A stretch of DNA of 64,000 nt from an uncultured Candidatus Saccharibacteria bacterium. Lineage in GTDB: Bacteria; Patescibacteriota; Minisyncoccia; Phycocordibacterales; PALSA-1337. The notes below the pieces were generated by a model. It was not told the origin of the DNA and searched no databases. It saw only the letters and a program-made list of their open reading frames with translations. The DNA is taken from NCBI GenBank assembly GCA_964561875.1, contig CAZLQL010000002.1:23613-87612 (forward strand), given 5' to 3'. Of the stretch, positions 18,382 through 28,200 are shown piece by piece (position 1 is the stretch's first letter; every line of letters begins with the position of its first letter). The translations under genes and the position numbers were made by a program.

Positions 18382-18978
18382 ATGAAAATGCCACAGAAAT
18401 CATTTATATTTACAGGAATATCTGGTTGCGGAAAAGGTACTCAGATAAATAATTTATTAAAATATTTTGAAGGTAAGGGTGAAAGTGTCCTAAATATTGA
18501 AACAGGTCATGAATTTAGGGAATTTATAAACGGTAATAGTCAAACTCAAATACTTTCAAAAAATATTTATGATAAAGGAGGTATACAACCTGCATTTCTA
18601 GCTTGTCATATTTGGTCACACACACTTATAAAAAAGTTTGATGATAAATCACATCTTATAATAGACGGTGCACCTAGAACTTATCCAGAAGCTTTAGTGA
18701 TGGATTCGGTATTTAAATTTTATTCTATTGAAAAGCCCAATGTTATTCATATTGATATAGATAGGGAACAAGCAACAAAAAGGCTTTTATCAAGAAAAAG
18801 AATTGATGACAATATAGATGATATAAATGCTAGATTAGATTTTTATTACAAAGATGTTGTTCCAGCTCTCGAGTATTATAAAAATGATAGTTTCTATAAC
18901 TATGTTCATATAAATGGTAATAAATCTATAGAGGATATATTTGAGGAAATAAAATCAAAAACAGGTTTAGATAAATAA
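18382..18978 (+). CDS. adk: Adenylate kinase / nucleoside monophosphate kinase
   Basis: GISGCGKGTQ P-loop, DGAPR; follows secY. Confidence 0.85.
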   Translation: MKMPQKSFIFTGISGCGKGTQINNLLKYFEGKGESVLNIETGHEFREFINGNSQTQILSKNIYDKGGIQPAFLACHIWSHTLIKKFDDKSHLIIDGAPRTYPEALVMDSVFKFYSIEKPNVIHIDIDREQATKRLLSRKRIDDNIDDINARLDFYYKDVVPALEYYKNDSFYNYVHINGNKSIEDIFEEIKSKTGLDK

Positions 18979-18983
18979 AAATA

Positions 18984-19751
18984 ATGATTAAGATAAAGAC
19001 AAAAGAGGAAATAGCCATATTGAGAGAAGGAGGAAAGAGACATGCTGAAATAATGAGAAATATAGTAAAGTTAGTTATTCCAGGTGTTTCAACTTCCTTT
19101 TTAAATGATGAAACAACCAGAATGATAATCGAGGGTGGAGATATTCCTTCACTATTAAATTTTAGACCAAGTGGTTCAAAGAGACCTTATCCAGCTTCGA
19201 TATGTATATCGGTAAATGATGAAATAGTGCATGGTATACCAAATGAAAACCCAAGAATATTGAAGGAAGGTGATATTGTGAGTTTAGACTTTGCCATGAC
19301 TCATAAAGGAATGGTTACAGATATGGCTGTAACCGTACCTGTAGGTAATGTAAGTGAAGAGTGTATGGAATTGATGGAGATAACAAAAAAGGCTCTTATG
19401 GCAGGTATAAAGGCCGGAAAGGGTGGTAAAAAGGTTGGCGATATAAGTTCTGCTATAGAGAAAATCGGTATTATGGGTGGTTATGGGATAGTGGAAGAAC
19501 TATGTGGACACGGTGTAGGTTATGGAGTGCATGAAGAACCCATGGTTCCAAACTACGGTGAACCAAATACAGGTGACAAGCTCGTACCTGGAATGGTTTT
19601 GGCTATAGAGCCGATGTTCAATCTTGGTGATAGAAATTTAACTTTAGATGATGATGGTTATACATATAGAACACAAGATGGAAAAGTCAGTGCGCATTTT
19701 GAGCATACGGTAGTAATAACAAAGAGTGAACCAGAAATATTAACATTATAA
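18984..19751 (+). CDS. map: Methionine aminopeptidase type I
   Basis: CISVNDEIVHGIP, GHGVG..HEEP, AIEPM, SAHFEHT. Confidence 0.98.
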   Translation: MIKIKTKEEIAILREGGKRHAEIMRNIVKLVIPGVSTSFLNDETTRMIIEGGDIPSLLNFRPSGSKRPYPASICISVNDEIVHGIPNENPRILKEGDIVSLDFAMTHKGMVTDMAVTVPVGNVSEECMELMEITKKALMAGIKAGKGGKKVGDISSAIEKIGIMGGYGIVEELCGHGVGYGVHEEPMVPNYGEPNTGDKLVPGMVLAIEPMFNLGDRNLTLDDDGYTYRTQDGKVSAHFEHTVVITKSEPEILTL

Positions 19752-19753
19752 AA

Positions 19754-20350
19754 ATGAAAGAAAGAACACTTGTAATCATAAAACCAGATGGAATACAGAG
19801 ATCGCTAGTGGGTGAGGTTGTAGGTCGCTTTGAAAAAGTGGGATTAAAGATAGTTGCAATGAAAATGATGGTTGCAAACGATAGTTTGATAGAACAGCAT
19901 TATACTCTAGATCCAGAATGGAGAAGAATAACTGGTGAGAAAAATATAAAAGCTTATGAGGATAAGGGTTTAGTTCATCCATTAAAAAATGATCCATTAA
20001 AAGTTACAGAAATTATTCTTTCTAAATTAAAAAAGTATTTAACAAGTGGACCTATAATAGCAATTGTTTTAGAAGGTGCACATTCTGTTTCTATAGTGAG
20101 AAAATTGGTTGGAAGTACTGAGCCTTTGATGTCAGATGTTGGAACTATAAGAGGCGATTTTGTTCTTGATTCATATAAACTTGCAGATGATGGAGAGAGG
20201 GCTGTAAGAAACATCGTACACGCTTCAAGTTCTGTAAAAGAAGCTCAAAATGAGATAAAACATTGGTTTAATGAAAAGGAAATAATAGATTATAGACATG
20301 TAAGTGAGAGGATATTATATGATGTAGATATGGACGGTAAAAAAGAATAA
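19754..20350 (+). CDS. ndk: Nucleoside-diphosphate kinase
   Basis: ERTLVIIKPDG, GTIRGDF, NIVHAS. Confidence 0.95.
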   Translation: MKERTLVIIKPDGIQRSLVGEVVGRFEKVGLKIVAMKMMVANDSLIEQHYTLDPEWRRITGEKNIKAYEDKGLVHPLKNDPLKVTEIILSKLKKYLTSGPIIAIVLEGAHSVSIVRKLVGSTEPLMSDVGTIRGDFVLDSYKLADDGERAVRNIVHASSSVKEAQNEIKHWFNEKEIIDYRHVSERILYDVDMDGKKE

Positions 20351-20404
20351 ACAGTTTATCCACCTCAGATATTGTTTTCTTTTTTTTAAGTTTTATAATA
20401 ACAA

Positions 20405-20523
20405 TAGGTTACGGGAGTATTAATCCTTAACTTATATTTTGGGAGTTCGAATTGGCATACACCTTGGTGTATAGTCTGAGGACACCCACCTAGTTTTACT
20501 AGGTCTAATACTCCAGTAGCCTA
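20405..20523 (+). ncRNA. ssrS: 6S RNA, compact (~119 nt)
   Basis: Closing stem TAGGTTACGGGAGTATTA/TAATACTCCAGTAGCCTA, central bubble, and GGGAGTTC...GAGGACACCCACCT..AGGT motifs resembling Firmicutes-type 6S. TATAAT at 20394-20399 and a terminator downstream. Confidence 0.75.
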
Positions 20524-20530
20524 ATAAAAT

Positions 20531-20559
20531 CATCTGCTTAATATAAGGCAGGTGTTTTT
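20531..20559 (+). terminator. Rho-independent terminator after the 6S RNA
   Basis: CATCTGC...GCAGGTG followed by TTTTT. Confidence 0.65.
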
Positions 20560-20581
20560 ATTTTTGTGTATAATATATGAA

Positions 20582-20968
20582 ATGAATAAAATATTTCTTC
20601 CCGCAATCCTTGTTCTATTACTGGTTTACGTACTTCATATAATTGGTTTTACTTATGCATTTTATACTACAACATGGTGGTACGATGTTATGATGCATAT
20701 CTTAGGTGGAATAGGCATATCTCTATCTGTATTTTGGTTTTTTAAAACATTAAATAAAAACGTACTGGATAAAGATATATATGTTAAGGTCATTATATTT
20801 ACTATACTTGCTGGACTTTTGTGGGAAGGTATAGAAACTTTTTATGGAATAGCTGGAGCTCCAGTAGGTACTATTGCTTACTATGTAGACACTATAAAAG
20901 ACATAATAGACGATACTCTAGGCGCATTTATAACTTTATTTTTAATAAAACTATTTAAAAAACAATGA
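20582..20968 (+). CDS. Four-helix membrane protein
   Basis: WWYDVMMHILGG, LLWE, DTIKDIIDDTLGA; start set at the ATG 7 nt after TATAAT. Confidence 0.75.
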   Translation: MNKIFLPAILVLLLVYVLHIIGFTYAFYTTTWWYDVMMHILGGIGISLSVFWFFKTLNKNVLDKDIYVKVIIFTILAGLLWEGIETFYGIAGAPVGTIAYYVDTIKDIIDDTLGAFITLFLIKLFKKQ

Positions 20969-22335
20969 GTCAAAAGATCACATTTCATAGTGGAGTGGGT
21001 AGTGTAACTGGTGCAAACTTCTTATTTGAATTAGGTGATCAAAAGATTTTGGTGGATTGTGGTCTTATCCAAGGTGAAAAAGAAGCAATGGGTGACAATA
21101 GACTACCTTTTGGTTATGATCCAAAAGATATAGATATATTATTTGTTACCCATGCGCACCTTGACCATGTCGGTAGGATTCCAAGACTTATAAAAGAAGG
21201 ATTTGAGGGTGTTATATACTCTACTCCACAGACTTTAGAACTAGCTAAACTTATATTGGAAGATGCCGTTATGCTTTTGCAAAAAGCAGCACAAGAGGAT
21301 GGTTTGCCACCTATGTACAATGAAGATGACATGAGACGCTCATTTTCTCTATGGAAAACTATAGATTATCATACAGAAACACAATTTGAAGGTTTCTCAG
21401 TCTATCTAAAAGACGCTGGTCATATACTGGGTTCATCGATGATAGAGTTTACATATAAAAATGATAATGGTGAAAATAGGAAAGTAATGTTTACAGGAGA
21501 TTTGGGTAATTCACCAAGTCCGTTACTTAGAGATACTGAATCTATACAAGGTATAGATTATATAGTTATGGAAAGTGTTTATGGAGATAGAAACCATGAA
21601 CCAAAAAGTGAAAGAATAGAGAAATTGCAAAGAATAATAGAGGATATAATAAGAAAAAAGGGCACACTTGTCATACCCGCTTTTTCACTAGAAAGAACTC
21701 AAGTGCTTATATATGAAATGAATAATTTATTTGAAAATAAAGTTTTACCCCCAATACCGGTTTATATAGATTCACCTCTAGCAACAAAGATTACTGAAGT
21801 ATATAAAGACGGGGAAGATCTTTTCAATGAGAAGACAAAAGAGCAGATAAAGAGTGGTGATGATATTTTTTCTTTTAAAGGATTAACCTATACACATAGT
21901 TCAGAAGATTCTAAAGCACTAGAAAGAGTTCCGGGTCCAAAGATTATAATAGCAGGATCTGGAATGTCGGTTGGAGGTAGGGTAATAAGACATGAAGAAA
22001 TATATTTACCAGATCCAAATAGTACTATTTTACTCGTCGGGTACCAGACATTGGGAACTATAGGAAGACATTTGCTCGATGGAGATAAAAAGATTCAAAT
22101 ACATAGGGAGACTGTAAAGGTAAAAGCAAAAATAGAATCTATACTAGGTTATTCGTCACACAAAGATAGCGATCATTTGGTGGAATTGGTATCTCAAGCG
22201 AGTGATACATTGAAAAAGGTATTCGTTGTAATGGGGGAGTACAAAAGTGCAACTTTCCTAAGTCAGAGAATAAAGGATGAATTAAATATAAATACGGTTT
22301 GCCCAGAGATAGACAAACCGTATTTATTGGACTAG
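20965..22335 (+). CDS. Metallo-beta-lactamase/beta-CASP family ribonuclease
   Basis: THAHLDHVG, AGHILGS, ESVYGDR, GSGM, SSHKD. Confidence 0.92.
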   Translation: MSQKITFHSGVGSVTGANFLFELGDQKILVDCGLIQGEKEAMGDNRLPFGYDPKDIDILFVTHAHLDHVGRIPRLIKEGFEGVIYSTPQTLELAKLILEDAVMLLQKAAQEDGLPPMYNEDDMRRSFSLWKTIDYHTETQFEGFSVYLKDAGHILGSSMIEFTYKNDNGENRKVMFTGDLGNSPSPLLRDTESIQGIDYIVMESVYGDRNHEPKSERIEKLQRIIEDIIRKKGTLVIPAFSLERTQVLIYEMNNLFENKVLPPIPVYIDSPLATKITEVYKDGEDLFNEKTKEQIKSGDDIFSFKGLTYTHSSEDSKALERVPGPKIIIAGSGMSVGGRVIRHEEIYLPDPNSTILLVGYQTLGTIGRHLLDGDKKIQIHRETVKVKAKIESILGYSSHKDSDHLVELVSQASDTLKKVFVVMGEYKSATFLSQRIKDELNINTVCPEIDKPYLLD

Positions 22336-22350
22336 CTATTATAAAGTTAA

Positions 22351-22701
22351 CTAAGCTACCTTTCTTGCTATTACTTCAAAAGCCTTTGGAGCAATATTTG
22401 CTAGATTTGAAAGAGATTTTCTATCTAGTGCAATATTATTTTTCTTTAGACCACCTATAAACTTGCTGTATGAATATTTTGGATCTATAGCTCTAAGTGC
22501 AGCATTTATACGAACATTCCATAGTTTTCTGTAGTCACCCTTTTTGTCTCTTCTGTGAGCAAAAGCGTATGTACCTGCATGTGAAATAGCTTCATAAGCA
22601 GCTCTCTCTGTCTTGCTTCTACGGAAACGGTAACCCTTTACCTGTCTTAGTATATTTCTTCTTGTTTTTAGTGCATTTACACCCTTTTTTACTCTTGCCA
22701 T
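22351..22701 (-). CDS. rplT: 50S ribosomal protein L20
   Basis: MARVKKG, RKLWNVRINAA, LDRKSL. Confidence 0.98.
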   Translation of the reverse strand: MARVKKGVNALKTRRNILRQVKGYRFRRSKTERAAYEAISHAGTYAFAHRRDKKGDYRKLWNVRINAALRAIDPKYSYSKFIGGLKKNNIALDRKSLSNLANIAPKAFEVIARKVA

Positions 22702-22725
22702 TGTATTTCTTTTATTAAATTAAAT

Positions 22726-22914
22726 TTATGCATTTACTAGAAAACGACTCTTCTCCTTTGCTGTCATATGGAAAGGAACCATAGAGTTCTTTTTCTTTAG
22801 TTGTGAACGTCTGCTCTCTTTTGAATTGAAGTGGTTTTGTCCAGCTCTTCTAGACAGAATCTTTCCATTCTTTGTTATCTTCAGTCTCTTTAAATATGAT
22901 TTATTTGATTTCAT
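22726..22914 (-). CDS. rpmI: 50S ribosomal protein L35
   Basis: KRLKITKNGKI..H; position between infC and rplT. Confidence 0.93.
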   Translation of the reverse strand: MKSNKSYLKRLKITKNGKILSRRAGQNHFNSKESRRSQLKKKNSMVPFHMTAKEKSRFLVNA

Positions 22915-22937
22915 GATATTTTTATTAAATAGAAAAG

Positions 22938-23447
22938 CTATTTTTTCTCAATTATTGCTGTTAAGCCCTTTAGACTCTTTGTAGGTTCGCTAGATATTTT
23001 GTACTCGACCGTTATGAGCTTCAATATTCGCTCCATACGTTCCTTTAGAAAATTTTGGTCCATGTACTTTGATCTTCCAACGAGAAATAGATCTATCTTC
23101 ACTCTATTGCCTTCTTTTAGCCATTCAGAAGCCTTCTTGGCCTTAAGCTCTAGATCGTGCTCTCCAGTACCTATTTTTACCTGTATATTTTTGAGATCTG
23201 ACGTAACAGAGCGGGATTTTGCTACCTTCTGCTTCTTCTTTTCGTCATATTGAAATTTACCATAATCCATGATTTTTGCAACTGGTGGGGTGGCAGTAGG
23301 GGATATTTCAATAAGATCGAGATTTCTTAGTTTTGCTTCTTCAAGAGCTTTAGAAAGTGTAATAACACCCAGATTTTCTCCATCTGTGGTTATTACCCTT
23401 AGTTCAGGTGCTTTTATTTGAAAATTTATTTTTACTCTAGGGGTCAA
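22938..23447 (-). CDS. infC: Translation initiation factor IF-3 (non-AUG start; TTG at 23447 assumed)
   Basis: LDLIEISP..PPVAKIMDYGKF; no in-frame ATG upstream of the domain. Confidence 0.93.
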   Translation of the reverse strand: MTPRVKINFQIKAPELRVITTDGENLGVITLSKALEEAKLRNLDLIEISPTATPPVAKIMDYGKFQYDEKKKQKVAKSRSVTSDLKNIQVKIGTGEHDLELKAKKASEWLKEGNRVKIDLFLVGRSKYMDQNFLKERMERILKLITVEYKISSEPTKSLKGLTAIIEKK

Positions 23448-23565
23448 TTTGAGTCTTATTTGAGCCTTATTTATAGCATATATGATAGATTTAGGCAATG
23501 TTTATTATAACCTTATATAACTGTAATTTATTATATATAAGGAAGTATATAAACAAGGTCTTTAT

Positions 23566-24645
23566 CTAAAGAAATTTTCTTATCAGAATAATAAGTATTT
23601 CAACTATCTTTTCAAGAAAGAATCGATTTCTCCATTCCACAAGCTTTATTTCACTTGAATCTTTAATATCATTTACAAAGTGGGAAACTATCTCTTCTGC
23701 AAATTTTCCATTACTTGTAACTATATTTGCTTCAAAGTTATATAGTAAACTAGCATTATCCATATTTAGACTACCTACACTAGACCATTTTCCATCTATC
23801 ACTATAGATTTTGTATGTATCATATTGCCAGAATATAGGAATATTCTAACTCCAGATCTAAGTAGTGTGTCAAAGAATGATCTTGCACCAAGATCTACGG
23901 CAACATGATCTGATTTTTCTGGCATTAGTATCCTAACGTCTACTTTTCTATGTGCTGCCAATTTTATAACTCTTGCTAGTCTAGCTGGTGGTACAAAGTA
24001 TGGTGTTGTTATATATATGTAAGATCTGGCATTTCTTATAGCTTCAAGTAGGGCGGAATACATATATCTTCGACCAGGTGTTGGATTGTTTGTAATATAG
24101 TTGAATTCCGGATCCTTTGGGTCCATGTATGGAGGTAGTGGAGTCTGATGTCTCGATCTCATCCACATTCTATTGAAAGCTTGAGACATTTCTTTTACTA
24201 CTAGACCTTCCAACCTCACGTTTGTGTCTCTCCAGTTTTTTAATTTACTTTCTATACATATACTTCCTGTATAACCAATTTTTTTATCAATAACTATAGT
24301 TCTTCTATGATTTCTAAGAAACCATGATCTATAGTCTGGGATTTTGAAATAATTTGGAATAAGTGTTTTCCAAAACATAAGCTCTATTCCTTTTTCTTTC
24401 AATTCATCTGCAATACTAGATCCAGAAAAAGAGAAACTTCCACCAGCATCCCAAAGAAATCTCACTCTAACTCCTGCTTTTGCTCTTTCGCTACAAATAT
24501 CTATGAGCTTTTGCCCAAATTCATCTTTTATAAATATAAACTGTTCAAGATCTATACTTTTTTCAGATTTTTTACAATCTTGCAGGATAGATTCCCAAGC
24601 CTCACTATTGTTTGCATATAGTGTGTATCTCTTTTCTTCTTCCAT
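23566..24645 (-). CDS. Phospholipase D family, cardiolipin synthase-like
   Basis: NHRRTIVID and IHTKSIVID HKD-type motifs, WRDT, TPYFVP, GSLNMD; start set at MEEEKRY. Confidence 0.9.
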   Translation of the reverse strand: MEEEKRYTLYANNSEAWESILQDCKKSEKSIDLEQFIFIKDEFGQKLIDICSERAKAGVRVRFLWDAGGSFSFSGSSIADELKEKGIELMFWKTLIPNYFKIPDYRSWFLRNHRRTIVIDKKIGYTGSICIESKLKNWRDTNVRLEGLVVKEMSQAFNRMWMRSRHQTPLPPYMDPKDPEFNYITNNPTPGRRYMYSALLEAIRNARSYIYITTPYFVPPARLARVIKLAAHRKVDVRILMPEKSDHVAVDLGARSFFDTLLRSGVRIFLYSGNMIHTKSIVIDGKWSSVGSLNMDNASLLYNFEANIVTSNGKFAEEIVSHFVNDIKDSSEIKLVEWRNRFFLEKIVEILIILIRKFL

Positions 24646-24746
24646 GTATATAAGGATACCATATTTATACACATATAAGGCTTATCATTTGCACTATTTT
24701 TCTATAATGGAGTTATAATATATAGGTATTAGACTAATAAAAAAAT

Positions 24747-25214
24747 ATGACAAAATCACAAAGTTTTTTTCTGCTTTTATTAAGACTTACTACAGGGTTT
24801 ATGATGTTTTACGCAGGTATTACAAAAGTCATCGATCCTACATGGTCATCTGTAGGGTATTTGAAAGGTGCAAAAATGCTCACTGGCTTCTATGCTTTTT
24901 TGCAAGGGTCGAGTATTTTACCTATAGTTGATTTTGTAAATGAGTGGGGACTTACACTTTTGGGAATATCACTAATACTCGGAGTCGGAGTAAGACTCTC
25001 AGCTCCTCTTGGTGCTTTGCTAATGATTCTTTATTACATACCACTCGGTTTCCCTTATCCAAACCCACATGCATTCATAGTTGATGAACATATAATATAT
25101 GCAACCATATTACTATTTTTTGCTTCAATAGATGCAGGACAGTATTTTGGTCTATCAAATAAAATGAGAGAAACATTTCTAGCCAAAATTCCTTTTTTTG
25201 GAAAATATGTATAG
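24747..25214 (+). CDS. DoxX family membrane protein
   Basis: LLRLTTGFMMFYAGITK, LGISLILGVGVRL. Confidence 0.85.
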   Translation: MTKSQSFFLLLLRLTTGFMMFYAGITKVIDPTWSSVGYLKGAKMLTGFYAFLQGSSILPIVDFVNEWGLTLLGISLILGVGVRLSAPLGALLMILYYIPLGFPYPNPHAFIVDEHIIYATILLFFASIDAGQYFGLSNKMRETFLAKIPFFGKYV

Positions 25215-25266
25215 AAAACAATAACTATATAAGTTTATATTTTGATTGTGTGTTAAAATTTAATAA

Positions 25267-28200
25267 ATGAATAAAAGTAACGATCGAGTTCTGATCCCAG
25301 TATTATTTTTAATTATTGTTTTTGTATTTATTACTATTTTTAAGATAGGTGGTATAAATATTTCTGGGATAAATCATAAGGCGATGGTTCATGAAGGTAT
25401 GAGTATTACGTTTAAAGACTCTTATCAACCTTCGTTTTTATCAAATCTAATTTCAAGAGTTGGATTGTCTAGTGCATATACAGCACTAAGTGGTGCTAGT
25501 AATGGAAAAATATCATATATAGAAGTTGTGCAACATGATGATATGGCCCAACTTAAAAGTTCCGAATACAATAAAATAAGAAAAGATTATGTGCCTGATT
25601 ATGCAAATATCGCTACTGTTGCTGCAAAATCTAGTGGTAATTGGAGCGATGTATTTTCTGGTTATACTTTCGATCAATCAACTATAGTACTTATACCTGA
25701 AGGAATAAGTATAAATTATGATATTGATAACAATGTTTTAATAAAAGGAATAGCAATAAAAGGTAAACTGAGTTTTGATCAAAATAAAAATACAAATCTA
25801 AAAATCGGGACAATCGTACTATATCCATCAGGAACTTATGAAGACAAACCAAGTAGTAGCGTAAGTCATAAGATTACATTTTCAGGTGAAATCGATAAGA
25901 ATATTGATCCTTTTCAAATGACTATTGGTTTGGTATCGATAGGTGGTAGGGTTGATATATATGGCAAAGATATAAAAGAATATTCAAAGATAGTTTCAGC
26001 AAATAGTAATTCTATTACAGTAGAAAATGCTTCAGGTTGGAAATCTGGTGATTCGATAATAGTTTATGAATCAGCAAAATTAAATAAGGCGAGTCTAAAA
26101 CAACAAATATTAAATATATCCTCTGTTCAAGGAAATCAGATAACATTAAATAATTCAATAGTTGGAGGTGTTGGGAAGTTTGCAATCTTGGCAACAAGGA
26201 ATGTTACATTTCAAAGTGATAGTAAGGGTGATAGAGGTCATATGATGTTTCTTGGTGATACATTAGTATCAATAAAAAATATTGCAGTGATAGATCTAGG
26301 TAGAACAACTACTAGCGCCACAGTGAGTGTAAAGAAAGTAGGTGATACATATATTCCTGGAGATAATCAGATAGGAAGATATCCGATACATGCACATCAT
26401 CTTCAAAAGAAGTTTGTTATTGAGGGAAGTATTGTTTATGGTTCACGTGACGAAAATATATTTTACTATAAAAATCTCTCAAGAAGGTTTGTAAATAACA
26501 CACCTCTGTCAGTATATATATCCACAGGAAAAGATCCTTTGGGAGATCAGATGGAGTCGGTGGTGTGGCCAACATCACATGATATAGTCGCTTCATCAAA
26601 CGGACGTTGGTGGTTTCTATACAATCCTGTTGGTGAAATGCCTGCACCCACTGCAGAGGCGACAGGATTTGCTCCATACAAAACACGCATAGGTAGCAAT
26701 AACGATGTTGAAATACTTGATTCAAATAATAATTGGGTAAAAACTGGTTGGATAAAGTATAAAGCAGTCATAAAAAATGGAAAGATATATGGCGATGGGA
26801 CTGTGGATTCTAGAATATCAGTAATAGACACACCTATTGCTTCACCAAAATGGGGTATAGTAAGTCATAATAGTTACGGTGATATAAAAAACAATGTAGT
26901 TGTAGGAGCAGAAGGCTCGGGTATAACAACAGAAGAGGGACTAGAGTCAGGCATAATAGATTCAAATCTAGTTGTGGGGTTGGGAGGTGGTACGGGTGAA
27001 CATGATGATAAAAGATGGTGGGGATTCGGTTTGAAAAAGCTTGATCTAGGATACGGTGGTGTAGCATTTTGGCATGCATCTATGGTCCCAGAGATTACAA
27101 ACAATATCGCAGATGGATTGTTTAGATTTGGTGTATATGTTGTTTATCATCCTTATGATGTTAATGGAGCTGTACCATCGATTAATAATTCAAATCAATA
27201 TAGCTTCCCAAATATTCCAGGAATGCCTTATCAATTAACAAATTATAAAGGCTTTACAAATGGAATAATGAAGTTTGAAAACAATACCTCATATGCAGAA
27301 TCTGGTCATGATGCTTCATCACTCATGCTTATAAATATAGGATCGTCAGATATTGAAACTACAAATCCATATAATGTCGTATCAAATTTTACTGCATATC
27401 ATAAAGGTATGACGGTAATTAGTATGGCCCCAATTACATTTACTGGATTGAGGTTATATGGAGATGGGGTGGGTACAGGAATAAATGCTGGTGATACTGA
27501 ATATTCTTTGATAAACAGTGAGGTTAAGTATTTTTCAAAAGGGATAAATTATGACAGGCATTCTCTAAGTATTATTGATTCGGTAGTTGATCATGTTCAG
27601 ACAAATTCACAAGCACAAGGTAAAATATATTATGATTCATTGTCTAAGAAAAGAGATAGAATATCAAAAAATAAGGATACTTATACAAAAGAAGCAATCA
27701 AGGAAAATAAAGATGCGAACTTTATCGCTGTGCTTGATCATGACAATGTATTTAATGCCATAAATAAAGATGAATCATTAAAAGGTTGGGCTACTATAGA
27801 TATAGATAAAGAAAAGCAGACTGTTACTATGAAGTGGAATCTTCATGATGGAAATAGTCCGATAATAAATATAGATGTAGTTGTTCCATCGAATGATATA
27901 GGTATACCTGCTATTATTCCTAATAAATTAAAAAGGGTATTTATGGTTTCTCAAGATAATACAAAATATAGTGGATCTTATGTTGTTACAAAAGCTGATA
28001 TAGAATCTGGAAGGTATTTCCCAGGAAAATATAATGGAGCAAAACCTCTGACATTTGAAGAATTTATAAGTTATTTAAACAAAGGAATGGTTGAGATTAG
28101 ATTTATAACCAATCATATAAACTTTGTTGATTCTGGTGCTTGGATAGAGGCACAAGGAAGTTTTGTTAAATATAAAGGTGTATCAAATTCTGATGATGTT

